NCBI GenBank assembly: GCA_951406725.2
Contig: OX597833.1
Span: 58,094,001 to 58,158,000 of the forward strand
Length of the DNA: 64,000 bases
Origin: Octopus vulgaris
Lineage: Eukaryota
Reading direction: 5' to 3'
Part shown: positions 35,755 through 50,150 of the stretch, one piece after another
How the letters are laid out: every line of letters begins with the position of its first letter
How positions within the stretch are numbered: position 1 is the stretch's first letter
Translations under genes and position numbers: made by a program
The notes under the pieces: generated by a model
Databases searched by the model: none
Told to the model about the DNA's origin: nothing
What the model saw: only the letters and a program-made list of their open reading frames with translations

Positions 35755-38700
35755 CATCAGTCACTACATTATAGTTTTGCAGCTGAACTACCAGCCTCCT
35801 GAATACTTGGACAGCATCTTACACACTGCATCATAGTGTTGCTGCTGAACTGCCAGCCTCCTGAATACTTGGACAGCATTAGACACACCACATTATACTT
35901 TTGCTGGTGAACTACCAGCCTCCTGAATACTTGGACAGCATCTTACACACTGCATCATAGTGTTGCTGCTGAACTGCTAGCCTCCTGAATACTTGGACAG
36001 CATCTTACACACCGCATCATACTGTTGCTGCTGAACTGCCAGCCTCCTGAATTCTTGGACAGCATTAGACACACCACATTATACTTTTGCTGGTGAACTA
36101 CCAGCCTCCTGAATACTTGGACAGCATCTTACACACTGCATCATAGTGTTGCTGCTGAACTGCTAGCCTCCTGAATACTTGGACAGCATCTTACACACCG
36201 CATCATACTGTTGCTGCTGAACTGCCAGCCTCCTGACTACTTGGACAGCATTAGACACACCACATTATACTTTTGCTGGTGAACTACCAGCCTCCTGAAT
36301 ACTTGGACAGCATCTAATCCACTACATCATAGTGTTGATGCTGAACTGCCAGCCTCCTGACTACTTGGACAGCATTAGACACACAACATTATACTTTTGC
36401 TAGTGAACTACCAGCCTCCTGAATACTTGGACAGCATCTTACACACATCATAGTGTTGCTGCTGAACTGCCAGCCTCCTGAATACTTGGACAGCATCTAG
36501 ACACACAACATCATACTGTTGCTGGTGAACTGCCAGCCTCCTGAATACTTGGACAGCATCTTACACACCGCATCATACTGTTGCTGGTGAACTACCAGCC
36601 TCCTGAATACTTGGACAGCATCTTCTTGCTGCTGAACTGCCACACTGCATCATACTTTGCTGCTGAACTGCCAGCCTCCTGAATACTTGGATAGCATCAA
36701 ATCCACTACATCATAGTGTTGCTGCTGAACTGCCAGCCTCCTGAATACTTGGATAGCATCAAATCCACTACATCATAGTGTTGCTGCTGAACTGCCAGCC
36801 TCCTGAATCCTTGGATAGCATCAAATCCACTACATCATAGTGTTGCTGCTGAACTGCCAGCCTCCTGAATCCTTGGATAGCATCAAATCCACATTATACA
36901 TCATAGTGTTGCTGCTGAACTGCCAGCATCAAATCCTCATAGAATCCTTGAATCTTGATAGCATCAAATCCACTACATCATAGTGTCTGCTGCTGAACTG
37001 CCAGCCTCCTGAGTGTTCATACTGTTGCTGCTGAACTGCCAGCCTCCTGAATCCTTGGATAGCATCAAATCCACTACATCATAGTGTTGCTGCTGAACTG
37101 CCAGCCTCCTGAATCACTTGGATTGCATAGCATCAAATCCACTACATCATAGTGTTGCTGCTGAACTGCCAGCCTCCTGAATCCTTGGATTGCATCAAAT
37201 CCACCATCAGTGTTGCTGCTGAACTGCCAGCCTCCTGAATCCTTGGATAGCATCAAATCCACTACATCATAGGTTGATGCTGAACTGCCAGCCTCCTGAA
37301 TCCTTGGATAGCATCAAATCCACTACATCATAGTGTTGCTGCTGAACTGCCAGCCTCCTGAATCCTTGGATAGCATCAAATCCACTACATCATAGTGTTG
37401 CTGCTGAACTGCCAGCCTCCTGAATCCTTGGATAGCATCAAATCCACTACATCATAGTGTTGCTGCTGAACTGCCAGCCTCCTGAATCCTTGGATAGCAT
37501 CAAATCCACTACATCATAGTGTTGCTGCTGAACTGCCAGCCTCCTGAATCCTTGGATAGCATCAAATCCACTACATCATACTGTTGCTGCTGAACTGCCA
37601 GCCTCCTGAATCCTTGGATAGCATCAAATCCACTACATCATAGTGTTGCTGCTGAACTGCCAGCCTCCTGAATCCTTGGATAGCATCAAATCCACTACAT
37701 CATAGTGTTGATGCTGAACTGCCAGCCTCCTGAATCCTTGGATAGCATCAAATCCACTACATCATAGTGTTGCTGCTGAACTGCCAGCCTCCTGAATCCT
37801 TGGATAGCATCAAATCCACTACATCATAGTGTTGCTGCTGAACTGCCAGCCTCCTGAATCCTTGGATAGCATCAAATCCACTACATCATAGTGTTGCTGC
37901 TGAACTGCCAGCCTCCTGAATCCTTGGATAGCATCAAATCCACTACATCATAGTGTTGCTGCTGAACTGCCAGCCTCCTGAATCCTTGGATAGCATCAAA
38001 TCCACTACATCATAGTGTTGCTGCTGAACTGCCAGCCTCCTGAATCCTTGGATAGCATCAAATCCACTACATCATAGTGTTGTGCTGAACTGCCAGCCTC
38101 CTGAATCCTTGGATTGCATCAAATCCACTACATCATAGTGTTGCTGCTGAACTGCCAGCCTCCTGAATCCTTGGATAGCATCAAATCCACTACATCATAG
38201 TGTTGCTGCTGAACTGCCAGCCTCCTGAATCCTTGGATAGCATCAAATCCACTACATCATACTGTTGATGCTGAACTGCCAGCCTCCTGAATACTTGGAT
38301 AGCATCAAATCCACTACATCATAGTGTTGATGCTGAACTGCCAGCCTCCTGAATCCTTGGATAGCATCAAATCCACTACATCATAGTGTTGATGCTGAAC
38401 TGTCATCCTCCTGAATCCTTGGATAGCATCAAATCCACTACATCATAGTGTTGATGCTGAACTGCCAGCCTCCTGAATCCTTGGATAGCATCAAATCCAC
38501 CATCATAGTGTTGCTGCTGAACTGCCAGCCTCCTGAATACTTGGATAGCATCAAATCCACTACATCATAGCGTTGATGCTGAACTGCCAGCCTCCTGAAT
38601 ACTTGGATAGCATCAAATCCACTACATCATAGCGTTGATGCTGAACTGCCAGCCTCCTGAATACTTGGATAGCATCAAATCCACTACATCATAGTGTTGC

Positions 38701-41700
38701 TGCTGAACTGCCAGCCTCCTGAATCCTTGGATAGCATCAAATCCACTACATCATAGTGTTGCTGCTGAACTGCCAGCCTCCTGAATCCTTGGATAGCATC
38801 AAATCCACTACATCATAGTGTTGCTGCTGAACTGCCAGCCTCCTGAATCCTTGGATAGCATCAAATCCACTACATCATAGTGTTGCTGCTGAACTGCCAG
38901 CCTCCTGAATCCTTGGATAGCATCAAATCCACTACATCATAGTGTTGCTGCTGAACTGCCAGCCTCCTGAATCCTTGGATAGCATCAAATCCACTACATC
39001 ATAGTGTTGCTGCTGAACTGCCAGCCTCCTGAATCCTTGGATAGCATCAAATCCACTACATCATAGTGTTGCTGCTGAACTGCCAGCCTCCTGAATCCTT
39101 GGATAGCATCAAATCCACCATCATAGTGTTGCTGCTGAACTGCCAGCCTCCTAAATCCTTGGATAGCATCAAATCCACTACATCATAGCGTTGATGCTGA
39201 ACTGCCAGCCTCCTGAATACTTGGATTGCATCAAATCCACTACATCATAGCGTTGATGCTGAACTGCCAGCCTCCTGAATACTTGGATTGCATCAAATCC
39301 ACTACATCATAGCGTTGATGCTGAACTGCCAGCCTCCTGAATCCTTGGATAGCATCAAATCCACTACATCATAGTGTTGATGCTGAACTGCCAGCCTCCT
39401 GAATCCTTGGATAGCATCAAATCCACTACATCATAGTGTTGATGCTGAACTGCCAGCCTCCTGAATACTTGGATAGCATCAAATCCACTACATCATAGCG
39501 TTGCTGCTGAACTGCCAGCCTCCTGAATCCTTGGATAGCATCAAATCCACTACATCATAGTGTTGCTGCTGAACTGCCAGCCTCCTGAATCCTTGGATAG
39601 CATCAAATCCACTACATCATAGTGTTGATGCTGAACTGCCAGCCTCCTGAATACCTTGGATAGCATCAAATCCACTACATCATAGTGTTGATGCTGAACT
39701 GCCAGCCTCCTGAATCCTTGGATAGCATCAAATCCACTACATCATAGTGTTGCTGCTGAACTGCCAGCCTCCTGAATCCTTGGATAGCATCAAATCCACT
39801 ACATCATAGTGTTGATGCTGAACTGCCAGCCTCCTGAATCCTTGGATAGCATCAAATCCACTACATCATAGTGTTGCTGCTGAACTGCCAGCCTCCTGAA
39901 TCCTTGGATAGCATCAAATCCACTACATCATAGTGTTGATGCTGAACTGTCATCCTCCTGAATCCTTGGATAGCATCAAATCCACTACATCATAGTGTTG
40001 CTGCTGAACTGCCAGCCTCCTGAATCCTTGGATAGCATCAAATCCACTACATCATAGTGTTGCTGCTGAACTGCCAGCCTCCTGAATCCTTGGATAGCAT
40101 CAAATCCACTACATCATAGTGTTGCTGCTGAACTGCCAGCCTCCTGAATCCTTGGATAGCATCAAATCCACTACATCATAGCGTTGATGCTGAACTGCCA
40201 GCCTCCTGAATACTTGGATTGCATCAAATCCACTACATCATAGCGTTGATGCTGAACTGCCAGCCTCCTGAATCCTTGGATTGCATCAAATCCACTACAT
40301 CATAGTGTTGATGCTGAACTGCCAGCCTCCTGAATCCTTGGATAGCATCAAATCCACTACATCATAGCGTTGATGCTGAACTGCCAGCCTCCTGAATACT
40401 TGGATTGCATCAAATCCACTACATCATACGTTGATGCTGAACTGCCAGCCTCCTGAATCCTTGGATAGCATCAAATCCACTACATCATAGGTTGATGCTG
40501 AACTGCCAGCCTCCTGAATCTTGGATAGCATCAAATCCACTACATCATAGTGTTGATGCTGAACTGCCAGCCTCCTGAATACTTGGATAGCATCAAATCC
40601 ACTACATCATAGCGTTGATGCTGAACTGCCAGCCTCCTGAATACTTGGATAGCATCAAATCCACTACATCATACTGTTGATGCTGAACTGCCAGCCTCCT
40701 GAATACTTGGATAGCATCAAATCCACTACATCATAGTGTTGCTGCTGAACTGCCAGCCTCCTGAATACTTGGATAGCATCAAATCCACTACATCATAGTG
40801 TTGCTGCTGAACTGCCAGCCTCCTGAATCCTTGGATAGCATCAAATCCACTACATCATAGTGTTGCTGCTGAACTGCCAGCCTCCTGAATACTTGGATAG
40901 CATCAAATCCACTACATCATAGCGTTGATGCTGAACTGCCAGCCTCCTGAATACTTGGACAGCATCAAACACACCGCATCATAGTGTTGCTGCTGAACTG
41001 CCAGCCTCCTGAATACTTGGACAGCATCAAATCCACTACATCATACTGTTGCTGCTGAACTGCCAGCCTCCTGAATACTTGGATAGCATCAAATCCACTA
41101 CATCATAGTGTTGATGCTGAACTGCCAGCCTCCTGAATACTTGGATTGCATCAAATCCACTACATCATAGTGTTGATGCTGAACTGCCAGCCTCCTGAAT
41201 CCTTGGATAGCATCAAATCCACTACATCATAGTGTTGATGCTGAACTGCCAGCCTCCTGAATCCTTGGATAGCATCAAATCCACTACATCATAGTGTTGA
41301 TGCTGAACTGCCAGCCTCCTGAATCCTTGGACAGCATCTTATCCACTACATCATACTGTTGATGCTGAACTGCCAGCCTCCTGAATCCTTGGATAGCATC
41401 AAATCCACTACATCATAGTGTTGATGCTGAACTGCCAGCCTCCTGAATCCTTGGATAGCATCAAATCCACTACATCATAGTGTTGATGCTGAACTGCCAG
41501 CCTCCTGAATCCTTGGATAGCATCAAATCCACTACATCATAGTGTTGATGCTGAACTGCCAGCCTCCTGAATACTTGGATAGCATCAAATCCACTACATC
41601 ATAGTGTTGATGCTGAACTGCCAGCCTCCTGAATCCTTGGATAGCATCAAATCCACTACATCATAGCGTTGATGCTGAACTGCCAGCCTCCTGAATACTT

Positions 41701-42904
41701 GGATAGCATCAAATCCACTACATCATAGTGTTGATGCTGAACTGCCAGCCTCCTGAATCCTTGGATAGCATCAAATCCACTACATCATAGTGTTGCTGCT
41801 GAACTGCCAGCCTCCTGAATCCTTGGATAGCATCAAATCCACTACATCATAGTGTTGATGCTGAACTGCCAGCCTCCTGAATCCTTGGATAGCATCAAAT
41901 CCACTACATCATAGTGTTGATGCTGAACTGCCAGCCTCCTGAATCCTTGGATAGCATCAAATCCACTACATCATAGTGTTGCTGCTGAACTGCCAGCCTC
42001 CTGAATCCTTGGATAGCATCAAATCCACTACATCATAGTGTTGATGCTGAACTGCCAGCCTCCTGAATCCTTGGATAGCATCAAATCCACTACATCATAG
42101 TGTTGATGCTGAACTGCCAGCCTCCTGAATCCTTGGATAGCATCAAATCCACTACATCATAGTGTTGCTGCTGAACTGCCAGCCTCCTGAATACTTGGAT
42201 AGCATCAAATCCACTACATCATAGTGTTGCTGCTGAACTGCCAGCCTCCTGAATCCTTGGACAGCATCAAACCCACTACATCATAGTGTTGCTTCTGAAC
42301 TGCCAGCCTCTTAAATCCTTGGATAGCATCAAATCCACTACATCATAGTGTTGATGCTGAACTGCCAGCCTCCTGAATCCTTGGATAGCATCAAATCCAC
42401 TACATCATAGTGTTGATGCTGAACTGCCAGCCTCCTGAATACTTGGATAGCATCAAATCCACTACATCATAGTGTTGATGCTGAACTGCCAGCCTCCTGA
42501 ATCCTTGGATAGCATCAAATCCACTACATCATAGTGTTGATGCTGAACTGCCAGCCTCCTGAATCCTTGGATAGCATCAAATCCACTACATCATAGTGTT
42601 GCTGCTGAACTGCCAGCCTCCTGAATCCTTGGATAGCATCAAATCCACTACATCATAGTGTTGATGCTGAACTGCCAGCCTCCTGAATCCTTGGATAGCA
42701 TCAAATCCACTACATCATAGTGTTGCTGCTGAACTGCCAGCCTCCTGAATCCTTGGATAGCATCAAATCCACTACATCATAGTGTTGATGCTGAACTGCC
42801 AGCCTCCTGAATCCTTGGATAGCATCAAACCCACTACATCATAGTGTTGATGCTGAACTGCCAGCCTCCTGAATCCTTGGATAGCATCAAATCCACTACA
42901 TCAT
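35755..42904. repeat. 62-bp tandem satellite, about 7.1 kb (~115 units), running into the assembly gap
   Basis: Unit CACTACATCATAGTGTTG(C/A)TGCTGAACTGCCAGCCTCCTGAAT(C/A)CTTGGATAGCATCAAATC; period measured at 37321/37383/37445. Confidence 0.97.
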
Positions 42905-43004
42905 NNNNNNNNNNNNNNNNNNNNNNNNNNNNNNNNNNNNNNNNNNNNNNNNNNNNNNNNNNNNNNNNNNNNNNNNNNNNNNNNNNNNNNNNNNNNNNNN
43001 NNNN
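42905..43004. other. Assembly gap (100 N)
   Basis: Run of 100 N between the two satellites; the true distance and copy numbers are unknown. Confidence 1.
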
Positions 43005-46000
43005 TTCCAATCTCACCAAATGCAGACCATTCTTTTTATGGATGGCTTGGTGTGAGTATTGCCTCATTGATTGAGTCTATGCATTTGTTGAACATAACCC
43101 AGCGGAGAATACAGAGCTTTATCTTCAAGTGTCTTGTAATGGATTATGCTTTTCCAATCTCACCAAATGCAGACCATTCTTTTTATGGATGGCTTGGTGT
43201 GAGTATTGCCTCATTGATTGAGTCTATGCATTTGTTGAACATAACCCAGCGGAGAATACAGAGCTTTATCTTCAAGTGTCTTGTAATGGATTAAGCTTTT
43301 CCAATCTCACCAAATGCAGACCATTCTTTTTATGGATGGCTTGGTGTGAGTATTGCCTCATTGATTGAGTCTATGCATTTGTTGAACATAACCCAGCGGA
43401 GAATACAGAGCTTTATCTTCAAGTGTCTTGTAATGGATTATGCTTTTCCAATCTCACCAAATGCAGACCATTCTTTTTATGGATGGCTTGGTGTGAGTAT
43501 TGCCTCATTGATTGAGTCTATGCATTTGTTGAACATAACCCAGCGGAGAATACAGAGCTTTATCTTCAAGTGTCTTGTAATGGATTATGCTTTTCCAATC
43601 TCACCAAATGCAGACCATTCTTTTTATGGATGGCTTGGTGTGAGTATTGCCTCATTGATTGAGTCTATGCATTTGTTGAACATAACCCAGCGGAGAATAC
43701 AGAGCTTTATCTTCAAGTGTCTTGTAATGGATTATGCTTTTCCAATCTCACCAAATGCAGACCATTCTTTTTATGGATGGCTTGGTGTGAGTATTGCCTC
43801 ATTGATTGAGTCTATGCATTTGTTGAACATAACCCAGCGGAGAATACAGAGCTTTATCTTCAAGTGTCTTGTAATGGATTATGCTTTTCCAATCTCACCA
43901 AATGCAGACCATTCTTTTTATGGATGGCTTGGTGTGAGTATTGCCTCATTGATTGAGTCTATGCATTTGTTGAACATAACCCAGCGGAGAATACAGAGCT
44001 TTATCTTCAAGTGTCTTGTAATGGATTAAGCTTTTCCAATCTCACCAAATGCAGACCATTCTTTTTATGGATGGCTTGGTGTGAGTATTGCCTCATTGAT
44101 TGAGTCTATGCATTTGTTGAACATAACCCAGCGGAGAATACAGAGCTTTATCTTCAAGTGTCTTGTAATGGATTAAGCTTTTCCAATCTCACCAAATGCA
44201 GACCATTCTTTTTATGGATGGCTTGGTGTGAGTATTGCCTCATTGATTGAGTCTATGCATTTGTTGAACATAACCCAGCGGAGAATACAGAGCTTTATCT
44301 TCAAGTGTCTTGTAATGGATTATGCTTTTCCAATCTCACCAAATGCAGACCATTCTTTTTATGGATGGCTTGGTGTGAGTATTGCCTCATTGATTGAGTC
44401 TATGCATTTGTTGAACATAACCCAGCGGAGAATACAGAGCTTTATCTTCAAGTGTCTTGTAATGGATTAAGCTTTTCCAATCTCACCAAATGCAGACCAT
44501 TCTTTTTATGGATGGCTTGGTGTGAGTATTGCCTCATTGATTGAGTCTATGCATTTGTTGAACATAACCCAGCGGAGAATACAGAGCTTTATCTTCAAGT
44601 GTCTTGTAATGGATTAAGCTTTTCCAATCTCACCAAATGCAGACCATTCTTTTTATGGATGGCTTGGTGTGAGTATTGCCTCATTGATTGAGTCTATGCA
44701 TTTGTTGAACATAACCCAGCGGAGAATACAGAGCTTTATCTTCAAGTGTCTTGTAATGGATTATGCTTTTCCAATCTCACCAAATGCAGACCATTCTTTT
44801 TATGGATGGCTTGGTGTGAGTATTGCCTCATTGATTGAGTCTATGCATTTGTTGAACATAACCCAGCGGAGAATACAGAGCTTTATCTTCAAGTGTCTTG
44901 TAATGGATTAAGCTTTTCCAATCTCACCAAATGCAGACCATTCTTTTTATGGATGGCTTGGTGTGAGTATTGCCTCATTGATTGAGTCTATGCATTTGTT
45001 GAACATAACCCAGCGGAGAATACAGAGCTTTATCTTCAAGTGTCTTGTAATGGATTAAGCTTTTCCAATCTCACCAAATGCAGACCATTCTTTTTATGGA
45101 TGGCTTGGTGTGAGTATTGCCTCATTGATTGAGTCTATGCATTTGTTGAACATAACCCAGCGGAGAATACAGAGCTTTATCTTCAAGTGTCTTGTAATGG
45201 ATTAAGCTTTTCCAATCTCACCAAATGCAGACCATTCTTTTTATGGATGGCTTGGTGTGAGTATTGCCTCATTGATTGAGTCTATGCATTTGTTGAACAT
45301 AACCCAGCGGAGAATACAGAGCTTTATCTTCAAGTGTCTTGTAATGGATTAAGCTTTTCCAATCTCACCAAATGCAGACCATTCTTTTTATGGATGGCTT
45401 GGTGTGAGTATTGCCTCATTGATTGAGTCTATGCATTTGTTGAACATAACCCAGCGGAGAATACAGAGTTTTATCTTCAAGTGTCTTGTAATGGATTATG
45501 CTTTTCCAATCTCACCAAATGCAGACCATTCTTTTTATGGATGGCTTGGTGTGAGTATTGCCTCATTGATTGAGTCTATGCATTTGTTGAACATAACCCA
45601 GCGGAGAATACAGAGCTTTATCTTCAAGTGTCTTGTAATGGATTAAGCTTTTCCAATCTCACCAAATGCAGACCATTCTTTTTATGGATGGCTTGGTGTG
45701 AGTATTGCCTCATTGATTGAGTCTATGCATTTGTTGAACATAACCCAGCGGAGAATACAGAGCTTTATCTTCAAGTGTCTTGTAATGGATTATGCTTTTC
45801 CAATCTCACCAAATGCAGACCATTCTTTTTATGGATGGCTTGGTGTGAGTATTGCCTCATTGATTGAGTCTATGCATTTGTTGAACATAACCCAGCGGAG
45901 AATACAGAGCTTTATCTTCAAGTGTCTTGTAATGGATTAAGCTTTTCCAATCTCACCAAATGCAGACCATTCTTTTTATGGATGGCTTGGTGTGAGTATT

Positions 46001-47307
46001 GCCTCATTGATTGAGTCTATGCATTTGTTGAACATAACCCAGCGGAGAATACAGAGCTTTATCTTCAAGTGTCTTGTAATGGATTATGCTTTTCCAATCT
46101 CACCAAATGCAGACCATTCTTTTTATGGATGGCTTGGTGTGAGTATTGCCTCATTGATTGAGTCTATGCATTTGTTGAACATAACCCAGCCGAGAATACA
46201 GAGCTTTATCTTCAAGTGTCTTGTAATGGATTAAGCTTTTCCAATCTCACCAAATGCAGACCATTCTTTTTATGGATGGCTTGGTGTGAGTATTGCCTCA
46301 TTGATTGAGTCTATGCATTTGTTGAACATAACCCAGCGGAGAATACAGAGCTTTATCTTCAAGTGTCTTGTAATGGATTAAGCTTTTCCAATCTCACCAA
46401 ATGCAGACCATTCTTTTTATGGATGGCTTGGTGTGAGTATTGCCTCATTGATTGAGTCTATGCATTTGTTGAACATAACCCAGCGGAGAATACAGAGCTT
46501 TATCTTCAAGTGTCTTGTAATGGATTAAGCTTTTCCAATCTCACCAAATGCAGACCATTCTTTTTATGGATGGCTTGGTGTGAGTATTGCCTCATTGATT
46601 GAGTCTATGCATTTGTTGAACATAACCCAGCGGAGAATACAGAGCTTTATCTTCAAGTGTCTTGTAATGGATTAAGCTTTTCCAATCTCACCAAATGCAG
46701 ACCATTCTTTTTATGGATGGCTTGGTGTGAGTATTGCCTCATTGATTGAGTCTATGCATTTGTTGAACATAACCCAATGGAGAATACAGAGCTTTATCTT
46801 CAAGTGTCTTGTAATGGATTATGCTTTTCCAATCTCACCAAATGCAGACCATTCTTTTTATGGATGGCTTGGTGTGAGTATTGCCTCATTGATTGAGTCT
46901 ATGCATTTGTTGAACATAACCCAGCGGAGAATACAGAGCTTTATCTTCAAGCGTCTTGTAATGGATTAAGCTTTTCCAATCTCACCAAATGCAGACCATT
47001 CTTTTTATGGATGGCTTGGTGTGAGTATTGCCTCATTGATTGAGTCTATGCATTTGTTGAACATAACCCAGCGGAGAATACAGAGCTTTATCTTCAAGTG
47101 TCTTGTAATGGATTATGCTTTTCCAATCTCACCAAATGCAGACCATTCTTTTTATGGATGGCTTGGTGTGAGTATTGCCTCATTGATTGAGTCTATGCAT
47201 TTGTTGAACATAACCCAATGGAGAATACAGAGCTTTATCTTAAAGTGTCTTGTAATGGATTAAGCTTTTCCAATCCCACCAAATGCAGACCAATGTTTTT
47301 ATGGATG
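43005..47307. repeat. 147-bp tandem satellite (~29 near-identical units), mariner-derived
   Basis: Period 147 (ORF starts recur at multiples of 147). Units differ mainly at GGATTA(T/A)GCTT. The last unit runs directly into the mariner remnant. Confidence 0.97.
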
Positions 47308-47510
47308 CAGCTCCAGCTTGGTTCAAGCTGTTGCTTATTTGTTGTTGGAACTTGGCCATTTTTTTTTTCTGTTTTATATTGATGTGATTACTATTTTTCA
47401 TTATTATCAGTGGTGATGCTTTAGAGATGAGTCCGTGAAGCTGGTATCAAGCGAGCAAACTGATGTAGTACTGGTGTTTGATTTTTTTGTTCAAAGTATG
47501 AAGTACCCAG
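47270..47510 (-). pseudogene. Decayed mariner (DD34D-type) transposase fragment
   Basis: Minus-strand translation with stops and frameshifts: WVLHTL (WVPHEL-like), ITTDNNEK (IVTGDEKW-like), INIKQKKKW, ELHP*K.LVCIWWDWKSLIHY. Confidence 0.8.
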
Positions 47511-49016
47511 GTGGGTACTTTATCAAGGTATGTTATGTAACCCTAGAGCAACCACTCAGATCAGACTTGTCACCATCTGGTGTTTTTGAGGGCTTTTCTT
47601 TTCTTATTTTAAACAGCAGGGTATGATTTTAGGAAGATCTAGCTAGGCCGCTCTCTCTTTCATTTTTTTCTTTTTCTTTCTCGTAATGGTCCAGTATAGG
47701 CCCTTTTGCACACGTGCACATCCTGCAAATGAAAAAAAACCCAGCTACCCTCACTCTCTCAGTACAAGGTTATCTTGAATTTCTTTTTGATAGGATTCCA
47801 GGTGTTTCCTTTCCATATTGTCTTTTGAATTCTGGCTCGGGAATGGGCCCCCAAGTCTCATTGTCTGTGACTATGGTGTCTAATAAAAATGGAACCCTTC
47901 GCCTTCATTGTAGCAGTCTAGTATTGTCAGATCTCCTCGTGATTGACTGTACTCATTGTGTTAAGTGAATCTCTTTCAATTTGCGGAACCCAAATGTCAA
48001 GGTTCTTAATGAATCCAAGACACTGATTTTCGCTTGTCTTGATACATTTTACCTCTCTGCAATCTCTTGCACAGTTATGACAATCGGATTCCATTATGGC
48101 TTTGATTCAGTCATCAACCTCAGTTGGTCATCTATGGTCATTTTTGAGTGAAAAATCTCCAGAACAGAATTTTTAAAACCATTTCTGACATGTACGTTCT
48201 GTTAAGCAATCAACACCCTAAACTTCGCATATCTCTTTGTAAGCCTCAACATTCTTCTTCCCTTTATGGAAATGAAAAAGCAAAATATGGCGAAAATGTT
48301 AGTTTCTGGACTAACAGCCGTAAACAAAATTTGATGCAATTTACCTGTACTATAGCCCAAACTCTACAGCCCTCGTGTTTGGCTTTGAGGTGTTGCTCCA
48401 AGGCTGATCTCGCTGTCAAAACTTGGGATGCGGAGCACGACCTTAACGCATTTCCAAAGTCCTTGACTGGATCCCTTTCTACTCGAGTCAATTAGACTTA
48501 TTCAAAAGCTAAGTTAAGATAGGACTAAAGTCGAATAGCTCATTTGAGGGCAAACAACCACCTGTTATTCAAAACGGGGCTGTTTAATGCCCTCATGACT
48601 AACTCCTTAATGTGACTACGGTATGCTTCACGAGACAAAATAGACAGGGATCTGACTATTGGAAGCTAAACAAGACTGTGTACCTTATCTAAGTTCATCC
48701 TACATGTCACTAACGTGTGATCAGTGTAGGAGACCTGGACAACTAGACTTATCTCTTGTACAAAATATTCTATCTAAATAAGACTTGAACAACCTGTTGC
48801 CATTACTCCAGGTCAACACTGGGATGCTCGGGTGATCAAATCTGTAATGATCTACCAGCTGAAACTGCTAAAGCAGATCGGTGAGGCATAGGTGTTTCTT
48901 AACTGAGCCAACACAATCCTGGTATGCATCCAGGATAGCATTAAAATCTAACACCACTAATGTCTTCTATGTTACCAGAAAATTTTCTAGGCATCAATAG
49001 AAATCGGCCTCTGTTT

Positions 49017-50150
49017 TTAGGACTTGGCACATAAACACCAACGAACCTGAAAGGTAGTGGGTTGGGGACACATTTCTTTTTCCCCGTTTCCGAGAGATAA
49101 TTTGGAATTCCACCTCCTGTTCAACAACCTCCATGTCGTAGCCAGGAGGGGAAATTTTTGTCCACGTTCACTGCATTTTCTTCTGGTTTCTTTGGCATTT
49201 CCTGTTCCTTCACTGGTTTCTTTCCTTTGGCTCCCTCCCCCTTTTTTTTTTTGCTTCTTGTCAAGGTGGGTGGAGGGCCTCCTTGTTAGAAGGGCTGCAT
49301 TCTGCACAAATGTGGCCCTTCTGCCCACACTTGAAATGACATGGCCTCCTTTTCAGGGCACCTTTTTAGGACAACGTTCTCATCTATTATCATTCTATCT
49401 GGAATCTACTCTGATTCTTCCAGTACCGCCTGGATTAATATTTCAATCGTCTGCCCCAGTCAGTTTTTTGGGGACAGAGCGAGTAATCTGTAATAGATTT
49501 TGTCTTCCCTTAAATAACATAGGACTACCACCACCCAGGTGGCGTCGATTTCGCGTGGTACTTTCTGTATCTTAATCCTGAACTTTATATGTCCCAGATA
49601 AGGCAGTTGTACCACTTCTTTGGTTTTTAGTGTGAGTACTGAGTACACCCTTGCCTTTTCGGCTGTTTTAAACCTCACCTCCACTGAGGTGAACTTTCCG
49701 CCTTGGGCCACATAAGCCACATCCTTCCAGACTGGCCTGAGACATTTCTCTATACTCTACTTTTGGTATATTTGAGATTTTTTTTTTTTTTTGTCTCCGG
49801 ATTGAATGTCTTGTATATGATAGATTTGTATAGATTTGTTCTTGGTTTGAATTGTGATCTCACTTGGAGGGACGATTCACACATCTCTCCCATCCAATGA
49901 TAGCACACAGCAGAAGGACTGATATTCTGAGTGCATCATTTCCAGATTTTGTGGACTATAACTGCTGCTGCCAAATTTTTTACTCCATTATTTCTTCAAC
50001 TTCAAGAGCCATTTGCTCCTTTATTGTTTCCATGTCAGGATTTGCCATTTTTAAAATTTTTTTTAAACCATTTCTTCTCAATAAATTTCTTTTTTTTTTT
50101 CTTTAATAATTCTCACAAATGATAACTTTCATTCAAATAAGTTGCAGTTT
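49017..50150 (-). mobile_element. Second decayed ORF1(CCHC) retroelement remnant
   Basis: FTSVEVRF...VVQLPYLGHIKFRIKIQKVPREIDATWVV aligns with FDTLEVR...VVLLPTYMGRLTTRIKVEGIPSEIDEDWVV of the 33.7-35.5 kb element; knuckle CHFKCGQKGHICAEC at ~49295-49340. Confidence 0.65.

Noticed and set aside
35755-42904. 62-bp array as a CRISPR array, snoRNA cluster or coding repeat
   Set aside because: No unique spacers or cas genes, eukaryotic context, period not divisible by 3, and no proper C/D box pairing.
43052-47263. Repeated MSIASLIESMHLL... ORFs as a tandem-repeat protein
   Set aside because: Antisense frame of the mariner-derived satellite; GTG starts, frequent TAA variants and no splice context.
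47620-48540. Fourth ORF1-like remnant on the minus strand
   Set aside because: Only a faint C..C motif near 47700-47740 and too decayed to support by eye.
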